Source: Chiloscyllium plagiosum
Taxonomy: Eukaryota
Reading direction: 5' to 3'
DNA length: 49,447 nucleotides
Assembly (NCBI RefSeq): GCF_004010195.1
Contig: NC_057750.1
Coordinates: forward strand, 10,639,316 to 10,688,762
Part shown: in pieces, positions 12,197 to 24,914 of the stretch
Layout: each line of letters begins with the position of its first letter
Numbering within the stretch: position 1 is the first letter of the stretch
Translations under genes and position numbers: made by a program
The notes under the pieces: model-generated
Databases searched by the model: none
Seen by the model: the letters and a program-made list of their open reading frames with translations, nothing else
What the model was told of the DNA's origin: nothing

Positions 12197-12560
12197 GGTT
12201 CGATTCCCACATGGGGGCTTGAGCATTAAAAAAAAATCATAGCTGATACTCCCCAGTGTAGTGCAGAGAGAGTGCTGCACTGTCAGAGGTGCCATCTTTC
12301 AGAAGCTTTAAACCAAGATGCTAACAGTCTGCATGTAAAGGTTTCCACACCTCTATTTTGAAGAGGAGGAGGCGTGATACCCCCAGGCTCCCAATTAATC
12401 CCTCAAACAATGTTACAATAAAACAGATTATCTGGTCATTATCATTGTACTGTTGCTGTGCACAAATTGTGTGTCATGTCTCCTACAATACACCCAGAAG
12501 CACTTCATTAGTGGTAACCTACTTTCAAAGGTCTGGTGATTATAAAAGATGCAAAAATAA
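12197..12560 (+). mobile_element. Deu-domain SINE (AmnSINE1/SacSINE1-like)
   Basis: B box ggttcgattcc, then gtgctgcactgtcagaggtgccatctttc...aaacagattatctggtcattatca...gctgtgcacaaatt, recognised as the Deu core. Confidence 0.7.
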
Positions 12561-13079
12561 CACAACATACAAACTTTAGTTCTTTTCCTTTCAAAAATGG
12601 GTTGATCGCTTAAAACATGCAGACGATTTGGACATGCAAATAGCAGGCTACTTTCAAATGGGCAGTAACAGTGTTGCCATTGGTAACGGTGCAGTGAGAC
12701 CATCAATTCCACTACTGGCCCTGCAAGGGGGAGTGAACATTGACTCCCTTAAAAGGGAAGGCCGAAATCGAAATGCGTGTTTCAACTGCAGTTGTTGGAG
12801 AAAACATAACTGACTAAAGTACATGAGGAATAGGAATTAGGCCAACGGTCTTCAGGAAACTTCTGTTTTATTCATTACCCCATCCCCCGCACTTTCCCCA
12901 GAGTTGGGATTGCTGTTCCAGGGAAGTAGGGGAAACAACTTCAGGAGAAAGGGGTCAAGGAGATTGTCACTGGGACATGTGAGTCAAAGTGGGGTTGAAC
13001 TGGCTCGGTACAGTAATGCTGGTACAAATCCAGTCTCCTTTTATTTCCTTCTTCAGGCTAGGCATTCAGGATTAGGTAC

Positions 13080-13530
13080 AGTCATAAAGTCATACAGCAT
13101 GGAAACAGACTCTTCGGTCCAACCCGTCCATGCCGACCATGTTCCCAAACTAAATTAGTCCCACCTACCTGCCCTTGGCCCATATTCCTCTATTCCTATT
13201 CATGAACTTATCCAAATGTCTTTTAAACATTGTAACTGTACCTGCATCCACCACATTCTCTGGCAGTTCATTCCACACATGAACCATTCTCTGTGTAAAA
13301 AGGCTGCCCCTCATGTCCTTTTTAAAATCGTTCTCCTTAAAAATATGTCCCCTAATTTTGAACTCTCCTACCCTAGGAAAAAGTGCCTGGTCATTCACCC
13401 TATCTATGTCCTCATGATTTTATAAACCTCAATGTAACCCGTCAACCTCCTATACTCGAGTGAAAAAGATCCCAGTCTTTCCAGTCAATTTTTATAACAC
13501 AACCCTCCATTCTCAGGCAGCATCCTGGTA
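13080..13530 (-). mobile_element. CR1 3' fragment
   Basis: LFPRVGEFKIRGH...FTQRMVHVWNELP...FKRHLDKFM. Confidence 0.9.
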
Positions 13531-13865
13531 ACTTTTTTGAATTTGGTCATAGGTTCTTATTGGCACTTTCCAACCAACTTGCTTCACTTTCGATATGAAC
13601 ATTCAGACTGAAATGTGAGGGTGAGGGAGAAAGGGATGACAACTCCTCATGAGCAGAAAATGAGTCCTCTTTGCTGAGAGCAAACCCATACAAACAACGG
13701 GGTGTAATCAAATTGGAGGATAACGGTCATGCTCTGGACTTAACTGTTGAGTCCTGAAGACTGTATGTTTCCAAAATGGAAAATGGCTTGGAGGGGAACT
13801 TGCACGGAGTGCATGTATCTACTGCCCTTGTCTTCCTAGAGACTCATCCTCCCAGGTGCCTCGAC

Positions 13866-15070
13866 CCCTTTCAACAGGTCCACAGCAAATGCCATTTCCA
13901 TAACCCTACACTCATCCCTGGAACATGTGGATAATAAGGATACCTATGTCAAGCTTCTACTCATTGACTACAGCTCCGACTTCAACACTATAATCCCAAC
14001 CAAACTAAACTCCAATCTCTGAGACCTAGGTCTTGGCTCCGCCCTCTGCAACTGGATCCTCAGCTTCCTGACCCACAGACCGCAAACAGTGAAGATAGAC
14101 AACAGCACCTCCTCCATGATAATCCTCAACATCTGCAAGGATGTGTACTCAGCCTCTACTGTATTCCCTGTACACTCATTACTGTGTGCCCAAATTTTGT
14201 CTGAGCTCCATCTACAAGTTGGCTGATGACACCACTGTTGGTGGCCCAGATATCAAACAATAACAAGACAGAATACAAGAAGTAGATAGAATGCTTGGTG
14301 TCATGATGCAGAGATAACAATCACTCCCTCAATGTCAGCAAAACCAAAGAGCTTATCATTGACTTCAGGAAGCAAAGAGGAGGTCATGCCCTTCCTACAT
14401 CAATGGAGCTGAGATGGAGAGCATCAAGTTCATAGGACTGACGATAACCAACAATCTGTCCTGGACCACTCACGTTGATGCGGTGGTCACAAGAAGGCAT
14501 AACAATGCCTCTTCATCCTCAGGAGGCTAAGGAAATTCGGCATGTCCATAAGAGCCCTCACGAGCTTTTACAGATGCACCATAGGAAGCATTCTGTCTGG
14601 ATGCATCATGGCTTGTTACAGCAACTGCTCTGCCCAGGACCATAACAAAGTACAGAAAGTTGTGAACACAGCCCAGACCACCACAGAAGCCAAATTCCCA
14701 CCCATAGGCTCCAGCTACACTTCTGATTGTTGTAGAAAGACAGTCAAAATTGTCAAAGACCTCTTCCACCCCGGTTATAATCCCTTCCAACCTCTTCCAT
14801 CAGGCAGAAGATACAAAAGTTTAAACACGCGTGCTGACAAGTTCATGAACAGATTCTTCCCTGCTGTTATTAGACTGCTGAATGGACCTCTCAAATTTCA
14901 AATCTAATGTTGATCTTGCTTTTTGTACACCTTCTGGGCAGTCATAACTTTGTATTCCTTGGACTGTTGAATCACCCTATGATCTTTGCATGGTATGATC
15001 TGCCAGTACTACATGAAAAACAATACTTTTCATTGTATTTAGATACATGTAGCAATAATAAATCAAATCA
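13866..15070 (+). mobile_element. Decayed Rex1/Babar-clade LINE (RT and C-terminus), inserted in an older L2/Crack-like fragment
   Basis: [84 protein letters not shown]; ends in an aataataaatcaaatca tail. Confidence 0.9.
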
Positions 15071-16448
15071 TTTTATGATTCTATGAAATAGATGGAAGTG
15101 GTTGTGTGTTTGGAAGGTGCTGTCAGAGGAGCCTTGCTGAATTTTTCCAGTGTGTCTTGTAAATGGTACACTCTGCTACAACTGTTCCTTCAGCTTGTGT
15201 TAGCCTTTGCTGGAATCCTGTAATCGGCAGGATGGGAATGTTAGCTGGGAGTAAAATGGTGTACAGGAATGGCAAGTGACCAGGAGGTCACATTCTATTG
15301 GATGCTGTAGTTTCCTATACTGCCGCACAGTGAACCAGCCAGGATGGAATAATGGCGGCTTGGCCCACATGTTCCTAATGGAAGTGGTCAGAACTCTGTG
15401 ACTATTCACGTAACCGAAAACCTGATGGGGAGCATTCTGGGAATGGACAATGGCGAAAGGTGACCTGCAGGTGGCAGCACAACTCCCCTCAATTGGGCAG
15501 CAACCTGGTCCCTTTAACATCACATTGAGGATCAGACATTCTTGGTAGGTGGAGCCTTAGACTGTCTCTTTGTGGACAGCACTATATTTAACAACTGGAA
15601 CACAGGGAAGGAAAATGTGAAACAAAAGCTGAGATAGTGGTTAAGATTGTTTTCTTTTACACTCAGTTGGTTGCTATGAGTGATGCCAGTAGTTCATTAG
15701 TAATTTTGATGAGTGTTTCAGGCCTACCTGGTTTACCTGTTGGGAGGAGTCTGCTCCTTCTATCCCTGCAGCTGCTGCAGACATTAAGGCCTGGTCTTTT
15801 TGGCACTGTGTTCAAGGCCCTCCTATACTGGGCATGCTGAGAGGAAAATTTATGACTAGGCTTTTAATCTCACCACACGCAGGGCAACAAGTCCAACCTT
15901 AGCCTCAAGCTACAGAAGCTAAGCAAATGCTTCAGTCTGAAGACAGGTATAACACCTCCTTTGTTGATGTCTGTGCAAATAGCTCAAACTTCAACTGCTC
16001 AATTCAGGATTATTTATTTTAGTTCATAATACAGTCTAGGGACAGTACCTCCCACAGGCAAAAAGAACCAAAGGCGACAAAGAGTTAGTGTGACCAGGAA
16101 TGCATTGCCTTAAAAGTTTAGCACAATCAGATTGGAGAGTAGCATTCCAATGTTGGAATATTTGCAGGACTTTGGGAGTGAGACAAGTTGGATGCCTCTA
16201 TAAAGGAGCCAGGACAGATATGATTAGCCGAATGGCCTCCTTGTGTGCTATGTTATTTCCCACACACAGTTCCTAGCTCTGTTGGTTGCACTCTAGAAGG
16301 TTTCATCACATTGGCTATCCATTTCTAATGCCCCTCCGCCAACCTGGTTAAACAGCTTTACCATTCCACCTTTGATTTATTTCTACAATGTATAAACCGA
16401 AGCATTTTTAGAAAATGGGATATAACCCAGATTTTCAAAGACTCCCAA

Positions 16449-16595
16449 TTATTTTCTTCCTGCACTTTGCTCCCTAAAGAGTGCAGTTAATTTCTCTACA
16501 ATCCGACTGTAATGGCAATTCAACTCCAATATCACATCATCATTCCTTAATATTTCTTCAACATTAACATTCTTTGGCAGATGTACCAAGTCAAC
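16449..16595 (-). CDS. Candidate terminal coding exon of an unidentified gene
   Basis: Acceptor tcattattcttccag|G, 48 open codons (VDLVHLPKNVNVEEILRNDD...AGRK*), and AATAAA ~70 nt downstream (16376-16381). No homolog recognised. Confidence 0.25.
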   Translation of the reverse strand, partial: VDLVHLPKNVNVEEILRNDDVILELNCHYSRIVEKLTALFREQSAGRK

Positions 16596-16714
16596 CTGGA
16601 AGAATAATGAGCTTATATTTTGCGGAAATATGTCTCTCCTTTCTCCACACTTGTCAAGGTGCATCAATTGTTTCCTGTTAGCACCTGACAGCAGTGTGTG
16701 ATCCAGTTTTTCTC

Positions 16715-17020
16715 CATTATTCATGGGATGTGGGTGTCGCTAGCTGTACCAGCGTTTATTTCCCGTCCCCAATTACCCCTTGAGAAGGCAGAAAAGCTGA
16801 CATCTTGAAATGCTATAGTCCAAGTACTCTGAGGGAGCCAATTCCAGGATTTTGACCCAAAGCCTGGGAATCCCACAGTGAGTACTCCCTCACGCTCCTG
16901 ACTCGTACCTTGTCAATGGTGGACAGGGTTTGGGGGAGTCAGGAGGTGAGTTACTCACTGCAAGATTGCCAGGCTCTGACCTCCTCTTATAGTCACAGTA
17001 TTTAGTCAGGAGGTGAGTAG
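16715..17020 (-). mobile_element. L2/Crack-like LINE 3' fragment
   Basis: Reverse complement resembles 5150-5680. Confidence 0.65.
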
Positions 17021-17974
17021 CATGCCTCTTATCTCTTTGTAATAATTTCATTGGGACCTAACTGGAAGGTGATGGAGCTAAACACTTCACAGTGCTTTCC
17101 TTGTCTTTATCTGACACTTTTAACCCAGTGCCCATTGGCACGAGACATGGGCTACAGCACCAGACTGTTTCTTTCCTGCTATTGCTGGGGCTGGTGGTAG
17201 TATGGGTGGGTGGGGGGAGGGGGGTGAGGAAGGGGTAACTTCCATCCCTTGACGGGGGAGTTGATAGGGGAGAATGCATGTCCAAATAGGTAGAGGAGGA
17301 GTTCCTGGATATGTGCCCCTCCCTCCCCACACGTGAGCGAGTCGTTCCATTTTGGAACATGGTCAATGCCCAGTGAGGTATACGAGCAAAAGCGGCATGG
17401 ACCTTCACGATGCCCAATTCAATGAGGCATGACTGTATTTCCCCTTGAATGCTTCACCCAGCTGCAGCAGCAAAACAGTGATTGTGCTCATACAGAGACA
17501 GTCAAACCAACCACTAAATGTTTCTGGACTGGTGCCAACATACCATTGCCACCCACACTGCTACCACACGTCAGGGCAGCACACACTAATCTTTTTCCAG
17601 CTCCTTCAAGCTCTCCAACAGCCTGTATTATCTCACCAGCCACAAAGCATTACATCACAGTGGAAAATCAGAAATAAGGAACGGGGAGGGCTGGGGTTGA
17701 TTGATGTAACGTCAGTGTGAGACAGAGAGTGCAGTCGGGTAAACCGAAAAAATCGCGACAAATGTTCAGAAGAAGAGTCATACTGGACTCAAAATGTTAA
17801 TTCTGTTTCTTTCTAGATGCTGCCAGACCTGCTGAGTTTCTTCAGCCATTCTCTGTGTTTTATAAATAAATGCTCTATTTCGCCTCCATATCTCTCCTGA
17901 TCCAGACCCTTCTCTATTTCCTCTCTCTCTCCCTTATTCTCATTTGCCGGGTCTTGCTGCTTCAACATTATCTT

Positions 17975-18800
17975 TATTTATTCATTCATTCATGGGACAC
18001 GGGTGTTGGTGAGTGGTCCGGCATTTATTGCCCATGTCCAACTGGCCTGGAGACAGTGCTGAGGTACCTTTTGAATTGTGACAGACTATGTAGTGCCGTT
18101 AAAATGTTTCAGGATTCTGACCCAGTGACAGTGAAGGAAGGGCAATACATTTCCAAGTCAGGATGGTGAGTTGCTTGGAGGGGAACATGCAGGGGTGATG
18201 TTCCCATATATCTGCTGCCCTTGTCCTTTGAGTTGGTAGTGATCATGGATGTGGAAATGCTGTTGTAGGAGACTGGGTGAGTTGCTGCAGTGGATCTTGG
18301 CGATGATACATACTGTTGCTACTGTGCATCAGTGCTGGAGAGAGTGATTGTTTGTCGATGTGATGCCAATCAAGCAGACTGCTTTGTCATGGATAGTGTC
18401 AGGCATCTTGAGTGTTGCTGAAGCTGCATCCATCCAGACAAGTGGGGAGTATTCCATCACACTCCTGACTTGTGCCTTGTAGATGTAGGACAGGCTTTGG
18501 GAAGTCATGAGGTGAGTTACTCACTGCAGGATTCCTAGCCTCTAACCTGTCCTTCTAGCCAATGTATTTATCTGAGCCAGTCCAGTTAATATTTGGTCAA
18601 TGGTAACCCCTAGGATGTTGGTAATGGTGGACTCCATGATGGGAATGCCATTGAATGTCAAAGGCAAATTGTTAGATTCTCTCTTGTTGGAGATGGTCTT
18701 TATTTTTTACTTGTGTGGTGCAAATGTTGCTTATTGTCATTGAACAGTCTAAACCTGAATGTTGTCCAGGTCTTTCTGCATATGTACGTGGGCTGCTTCA
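17975..18800 (-). mobile_element. L2/Crack-like LINE 3' fragment
   Basis: Homologous to 5150-5680 and 43665-44265 (atttccaagtcaggatggtgag; ctgacttgtgccttgtagat). Confidence 0.75.
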
Positions 18801-18829
18801 GTATGGTAGACAAGGAGCTTGTCAGGATG

Positions 18830-19220
18830 CTGGGTGAGGTAATAATAGATGAAGAGGAAATGTTAGAAGGGCCAGCAGCAACTAAAATGGAAGAATCCCC
18901 CAGGTCCAAACATGATATATTCTCAGTTTTTGAGGGAATTGGAGACTGAAATTTCACAAGCTGAGGTAAAATCATCTGAGGCTCCGTAGATCCAAGGGTG
19001 GTGTCAGAGGACTGGAAGATTTTGAATGTTCCACCCTTGTTCAAACAAAAAGGGGCCAAGGATAAAGCTACAAACACACAGCTTAATTATAGCGATGGTG
19101 GAACCAATAATCGGAGAGAAAATTAACAGTCATTTGAATAAGTTTGGATTTAGAAAGGAGCCAGCATAGAGTTGTTGAGAGAAAATGTTTGACAATTTGA
19201 TTTGACTTTTTTGATGAGGT
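18830..19220 (+). mobile_element. Old CR1 RT fragment
   Basis: Degenerate EDW..NV.PLFK and QH...LT..FFDEV-like segments. Confidence 0.55.
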
Positions 19221-19452
19221 GATAACTTTGTGAAGATGGAGGATATGAGAAAACTCCACCTTGTGACAAGGGAAAAGAACTGTTAAGGTGTTATATTTGA
19301 TCCACTTTCCTACTCCTGGATATTAGGTAAAGGTCTGCGAAAGAAAATTGAGACTTTTGAAACGTGGATGCTGAGATGTGTGGTAAAAAAATATAATAGG
19401 CAGAGGTGTTTGAAATCGTAAAAGCAGAAGGAACTCTTAGAAAAATGCAATT

Positions 19453-19612
19453 GGGGCAGCATGGTTGGTCAGTGGTTAGCACTACTGCCTCACAGCACCA
19501 GGGACCTGGGTTCAATTCCAGTCTTGGGTGACTGTATGTGTTGGAGTTTGCACGTTTCCCCATGTCTGTGTGTGTTTCCTCCGGGTGCTCTGGTTTCCTC
19601 CCACAGCCAAAG
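19453..19612 (+). mobile_element. HE1-like V-SINE head (source of the adjacent satellite)
   Basis: A box tggtcagtgg, B box ggttcaattcc (19509-19519), V-domain ggagtttgcacg...cctccgggtgctctggtttcctcccacag. Confidence 0.9.
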
Positions 19613-21868
19613 ATGTGTAGGTTAGAGTGGATTGGCCGTGCTAAATTAGCCCAGAGTGTTCAGGGATGTGTAGGTTAGGGTGGATTGGCAGTGCTAAATT
19701 ACCCCATAGTGTTCAGGGATGTGTAGGTTAGGGTGGATTGGCCATGTAAATTACCTCATAATGTTCAGGGACGTGTAGGTTAGTGTAGATTAGCCGTGCT
19801 AAATTACCCCATAGTGTTCAGGGATGTGCAGGTTAGGGTGGATTGGCCATGCTAAATTGCCCATAGTCTTCAGGTATATGTAGGTTAGGGTGAATTGGCC
19901 ATACTAAATTGCCCATAGAGTTCAGTTATGTGTATGTTAGGGTGGATTGGCCATGCTAAATTGCCCATAGTGTTCAAGGATGTGTAGGTTGGGGTGGATT
20001 GGCCATGCTAAATTGCCCATAGTGTTCAGGTATGTGTAGGTTAGGGTAGATTGGCCATGCTAAATTGTCCATAGTGTTCAGGGATGTGCAGGTTAGGGTG
20101 AATTGGCCATGCTAAATTGCCTATAGAGTTCAGTTATGTGTATGTTAGGGTGGATTGGCCATGCTAAATTGCCCATAGAGTTCAGGGATGTGTAGGTTAG
20201 GGTGGATTGGCCATGCTAAATTGTCCATAGTGTTCAGGAATATGTAGGTTAGGGTGGATTGGCCATGCTAAATTACCCCATCGTGTTCAGGAATGTGCAG
20301 GTTAGGGTGGATTGGCCATGTTAAATTGTCCAAAGTGTTCAGGGATGTGCAGGTTAGGGTGGATTGGCCATGCTAAATTATCCATAGTGTTCGGGGATGT
20401 GTAGGTTAGGGTGGATTGGCCATGCTAAATTGCCCATAGTGTTCAGGGATATGTAGGTTAGGGTGGATTGGCCATGCAACATTGTCCATAGTGTTCAGGG
20501 ATATGTAGGTTAGGGTGGATTGGCCATGCTAAATTACCCCATAGTGTTCAGGAATGTGCAGGTTAGGGTGGATTGGCCATGTTAAATTGTCCAAAGTGTT
20601 CAGGGATGTGTAGGTTAGGGTGGATTGGCCATGCAACATTGTCCATAGTGTTCAGGGATATGTAGGTTAGGGTGGATTGGCCATGCAACATTGTCCATAG
20701 TGTTCAGGGATATGTAGGTTAGGGTGGATTGGCCATGCAACATTGTCCATAGTGTTCAGGGATATGTAGGTTAGGGTGGATTGGCCATGCAACATTGTCC
20801 ATAGTGTTCAGGGATATGTAGGTTAGGGTGGATTGGCCATGCAACATTGTCCATAGTGTTCAGGGATATGTAGGTTAGGGTGGATTGGCCATGCAACATT
20901 GTCCATAGTGTTCAGGGATATGTAGGTTAGGGTGGATTGGCCATGCAACATTGTCCATAGTGTTCAGGGATATGTAGGTTAGGGTGGATTGGCCATGCAA
21001 CATTGTCCATAGTGTTCAGGGATATGTAGGTTAGGGTGGATTGGCCATGCAACATTGTCCATAGTGTTCAGGGATATGTAGGTTAGGGTGGATTGGCCAT
21101 GCAACATTGTCCATAGTGTTCAGGGATATGTAGGTTAGGGTGGATTGGCCATGCAACATTGTCCATAGTGTTCAGGGATATGTAGGTTAGGGTGGATTGG
21201 CCATGCAACATTGTCCATAGTGTTCAGGGATATGTAGGTTAGGGTGGATTGGCCATGCAACATTGTCCATAGTGTTCAGGGATATGTAGGTTAGGGTGGA
21301 TTGGCCATGCAACATTGTCCATAGTGTTCAGGGATATGTAGGTTAGGGTGGATTGGCCATGCAACATTGTCCATAGTGTTCAGGGATATGTAGGTTAGGG
21401 TGGATTGGCCATGCAACATTGTCCATAGTGTTCAGGGATATGTAGGTTAGGGTGGATTGGCCATGCAACATTGTCCATAGTGTTCAGGGATATGTAGGTT
21501 AGGGTGGATTGGCCATGCAACATTGTCCATAGTGTTCAGGGATATGTAGGTTAGGGTGGATTGGCCATGCAACATTGTCCATAGTGTTCAGGGATATGTA
21601 GGTTAGGGTGGATTGGCCATGCAACATTGTCCATAGTGTTCAGGGATATGTAGGTTAGGGTGGATTGGCCATGCAACATTGTCCATAGTGTTCAGGGATA
21701 TGTAGGTTAGGGTGGATTGGCCATGCAACATTGTCCATAGTGTTCAGGGATATGTAGGTTAGGGTGGATTGGCCATGCAACATTGTCCATAGTGTTCAGG
21801 GATATGTAGGTTAGGGTGGATTGGCCATGCAACATTGTCCATAGTGTTCAGGGATATGTAGGTTAGGG
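19612..21868 (+). repeat. Tandem array of the 52/53-bp SINE internal repeat, ~43 units
   Basis: Unit tagtgttcagggatatgtaggttagggtggattggccatgcaacattgtcca. About 19 variable units are followed by about 24 identical 52-bp units (~20630-21868). Confidence 0.95.
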
Positions 21869-22053
21869 CCTCTATCGCCTTCCTAGGTACTTTACCCCCC
21901 CCAGCCCTACCTCCATCCTCCTATTTATCTCCCAGCCCCCCCACCGGCCCCCACATACCTGATGAAGGGCTTATGCCTGAAACATTGATTCAACTGCTCT
22001 TCGGATGCTGCCTGACCAGCTGTGCTTTTCCAGTGCCACACTTTTTGACTCTT
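21869..22053 (+). mobile_element. Penelope-like 3' terminal-repeat fragment with a decayed hammerhead motif (21959-21988)
   Basis: cctgatgaagggcttatgcctgaaacattga...cggatgctgcctgaccagctgtgcttttccag; same family as 26372-26655 and 49221-49447. Confidence 0.65.
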
Positions 22054-22089
22054 GTAAAATACCTGTTTGGTTCACTACGTCCTCTGGTT

Positions 22090-23130
22090 TTGGAAGATGC
22101 AAGAATAGGGTGGGAAAATGTGAATTTGTCAAATTTTGGAGGAAGAATAGAAAAGCAGCATATGATGTGAATAGAGATTGCAGAACCGTGAGGGGCAGAG
22201 GGATCTGGGTGTCCTACTACATGAATCACATCAACAGCAAGTAATGAAGAAGGTATATGAGATGTTGTCATTTATTGCAAGGGACATGGAATATAAAAGA
22301 AGGCAAGTTACGTAGTTTAGAATGTGGCGAGACCACCTCTGGAGTAGTGTGCACAGAATTGGTCTCCTTATTTCAGACAGGATGTGAATGCATCAAACAC
22401 AATTCATAACAGTTCACTCAACTGGGGAAGCAATAGCTGGTTGTGTTATTTCTAAATGAAACATGTTCTAAACTTTTGAGTTCAAATCCCACCATGGCAG
22501 ATGGTGGAATTTATGTTCAGTAAAAATCTGGAATTAAGATTCTGATGATTATCCTTTGTTGGACTAATGCCCTTTAGGGAACGAAATATGCCATCCTTAC
22601 CTGGTGTGGCTGATGTATGACTTTACAGTCACAACAACATGGTTAACACTTGCCTGCCTTCTGGGCAATTAGGGGTGGGCAATAAAATTTGACCTAGCCA
22701 GTAATGCGCACATCCTGTGAATGATTTTTTTTTTAAAAACTTGGTTGGTTTTGGGGGGAGTGGTCCTGTTATGTGGACAGTTTGGCCCTGTCTACATTGG
22801 CATTTGGAGAAATGGGAGGTGATCTTATTGAAACAAATAGGACCCTGAGGACACTTGACGGGGTGGATGCTGAGAGAATGGTTCCCTTCTGGGGGTGACT
22901 GGAACAGGGGATTAAATTTAAAACTAAGATCACAAAAAGGGGCACTTTATCTCTGAGATTCATGAGTCTTTGAGATTCTCTTCCTCAGAGAGCGATGGAG
23001 GTGGGATCAGTGAATACTTTAGGCAGAGGATGAGTGACAAGGCAGGAAAATTAAGTAGAGGCCAAAATCAGATCAGTCATGACCTTATTGAATGACGGAG
23101 CAGTCTCGAGGACTGAACGGCTGCTCCCTG
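22090..23130 (+). mobile_element. Old CR1 3' region interrupted by a SINE (~22478-22730)
   Basis: gagaccacctctggagtagtgtgcacag (RPPLE.C), ggtgatcttattgaaaca (GDLIET). Confidence 0.6.
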
Positions 23131-23470
23131 TTTATATATTCATATATCTGCATCTTCACGTATTTGTGCATTCATATGTTTGTATCTTCATGTGTTTGTA
23201 TGTTATGTTAGTATGTTCATGTATACATATCTTTGTATGTTCACACATTTGTATGTAAATATGTAAGTGCTCACATGTTTTTATGTTTGTGTTTGACTGT
23301 TAGGTTTGTATGTTCATATGTATGTATTTTATATATTCACATGTTTGTATGTTCATATGTTTGTGTATTCATATGTCTGTATCGTCATGTGTTTATACAT
23401 TTATATGTACATTTGTTTGTATATTCATATGATTGTATGTTTGTATGTTCATATGTTTGTACGTTCAAAT
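23130..23470. repeat. Degenerate tatgtttgtatgttca-type minisatellite
   Basis: Recurrent tatgtttgtat/tgttcata motifs. Confidence 0.8.
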
Positions 23471-24160
23471 ATCCCTCTCCTCCCTCACAAATCTCACTCC
23501 CTCTCCTGTCTCTTCAATCTCCCCTTTCCCAACCTCATGAATCTCTCCTCAGCCCTCCCTTTCCTGTCCCCAGATTCAATTCCCTTCCTGTCTTGTTTTC
23601 ATTCTATGGGTCACAGCAATTTTCAAATGTCGAGGTGGGGTCAGAGTGGCAAGAAAAGTTGAGAGGCAAGAAAAGAGCTCCAGCCTGTGTGGTCTGCACC
23701 TGGTAAACTGGGATAGTGTATTGGCTTTTCGATTTATCTGTGCTGCAAGTCTACAATCCTGAGAATCGAGAGCCCTCATGGTTCACTGTTGGTTTCAGTT
23801 GATTGACTGAGGTCAGGAGCTGTTTAAGTGCCTGGCTTAGTCAGTCTGTGCTGGCACTGCCAATCCAAGAGCACTCAGATTCTGTGGCAAGCCAACTTTC
23901 ATTCTATTGGGACTGGGATTACTCGAGCTGGTTGGAACAAGAGGTGTATATATATAAAATATATGTTACTATACAGGTGTGGCCAGGCCACGTGAGGCTG
24001 AAGAGGCACAGAATCCACAAATATTCACCGAGAAACAGCAGAGTTTATCCTCACAACATTTTATCAGAGCTGCCGGCATCAGGATCATATGGCTGAGATT
24101 GGATTTAGCAAGTTGTTTCTGGAGCATTTGGGTCTGATCGAGCTCTGTCATATATATAGA

Positions 24161-24341
24161 GGTTGTGGAGTATAAGATCACTATAAATTCTGTGTCTTAC
24201 GATCTTATACGCCATAACCATCTGATGAAGGAGCAGCGCTCCAAAAGCTAGTGCTTCCAAATTAACCTGTTGGACTCTCACCTGGTGTAGTGTGAATTTT
24301 AAACTTTGTACACCCCAGTCCAACACCAGCATCTCCAAATC
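24161..24341 (+). mobile_element. Hammerhead-motif repeat (third Penelope-like family) with a short 5' inverted segment
   Basis: CTGATGA-A-GGAGC-agc-GCTCC-aAAA-GCTA-gtg at 24222-24250; 24161-24179 is the inverse of 24201-24219. Confidence 0.6.
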
Positions 24342-24437
24342 TAATTATACCAGTCACCAAAACCAGAGACTAACCCTGACCTCTTTCCCCACAAAATCAG
24401 AGGATTAACTGACCTCTGACTAATCGCCAGCAAATTT

Positions 24438-24914
24438 TATTAGATTAGATTACTTACAGTGCAGAAACAGGCCCTTCGGCCCAACAAGTCCACACCGACC
24501 CGCCGAAGCGCAACCCACCCATTCCCCTACATTTATCCCTTTTACCTAACACTACGGGCAATTTAGCATGGACAATTCACCTGACCTGCACATCTTTGGA
24601 CTGTGGGAGGAAACCGGAGCACCCGGAGGAAACCCACGCAGACACGGGGAGAATGTGCAAACTCCACACAGTCAGTCGCCTGAGTCGGGAATTGAACCCG
24701 GGTCTCTGGCGCTGTGAGGCAGCAGTGCTGCCCACACTGTGCCACCGTGCTGCCCACACTGTGCCACCATGCCGCCCACACTGTGCCACCGTGCCGCCCA
24801 CGTGGGCGGCACGGTGGCACAGTGGTTAGCACTGCTGCCTCACAGTGCCAGAGACCCGGGTTCAATTCCCGCCTCTGGCGACTCTTTGTGTGGAGTTTGC
24901 ACATTCTCCCCGTG
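24438..24914. mobile_element. Head-to-head pair of young HE1-like SINEs (24438-24801 minus; 24802-24914 plus, runs into the gap)
   Basis: CpG-rich A/B boxes and V-domain on both strands; (ttaga)n tail at 24438. Confidence 0.9.

Noticed and set aside
19453..19525. tRNA genes at A/B-box sites (also 24802, 38088)
   Set aside because: These are SINE heads that continue into the V-domain; no complete cloverleaf or terminator.
19612..21868. CRISPR array or interstitial telomere
   Set aside because: There are no unique spacers and no cas genes, and the DNA is eukaryotic. TTAGGG occurs only once per 52-bp unit, and the unit derives from the SINE.
23233..23706. 157-aa hydrophobic ORF (also ORFs at 25557-25924 and 40445-40953)
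   Set aside because: Translations of degenerate micro/minisatellites.
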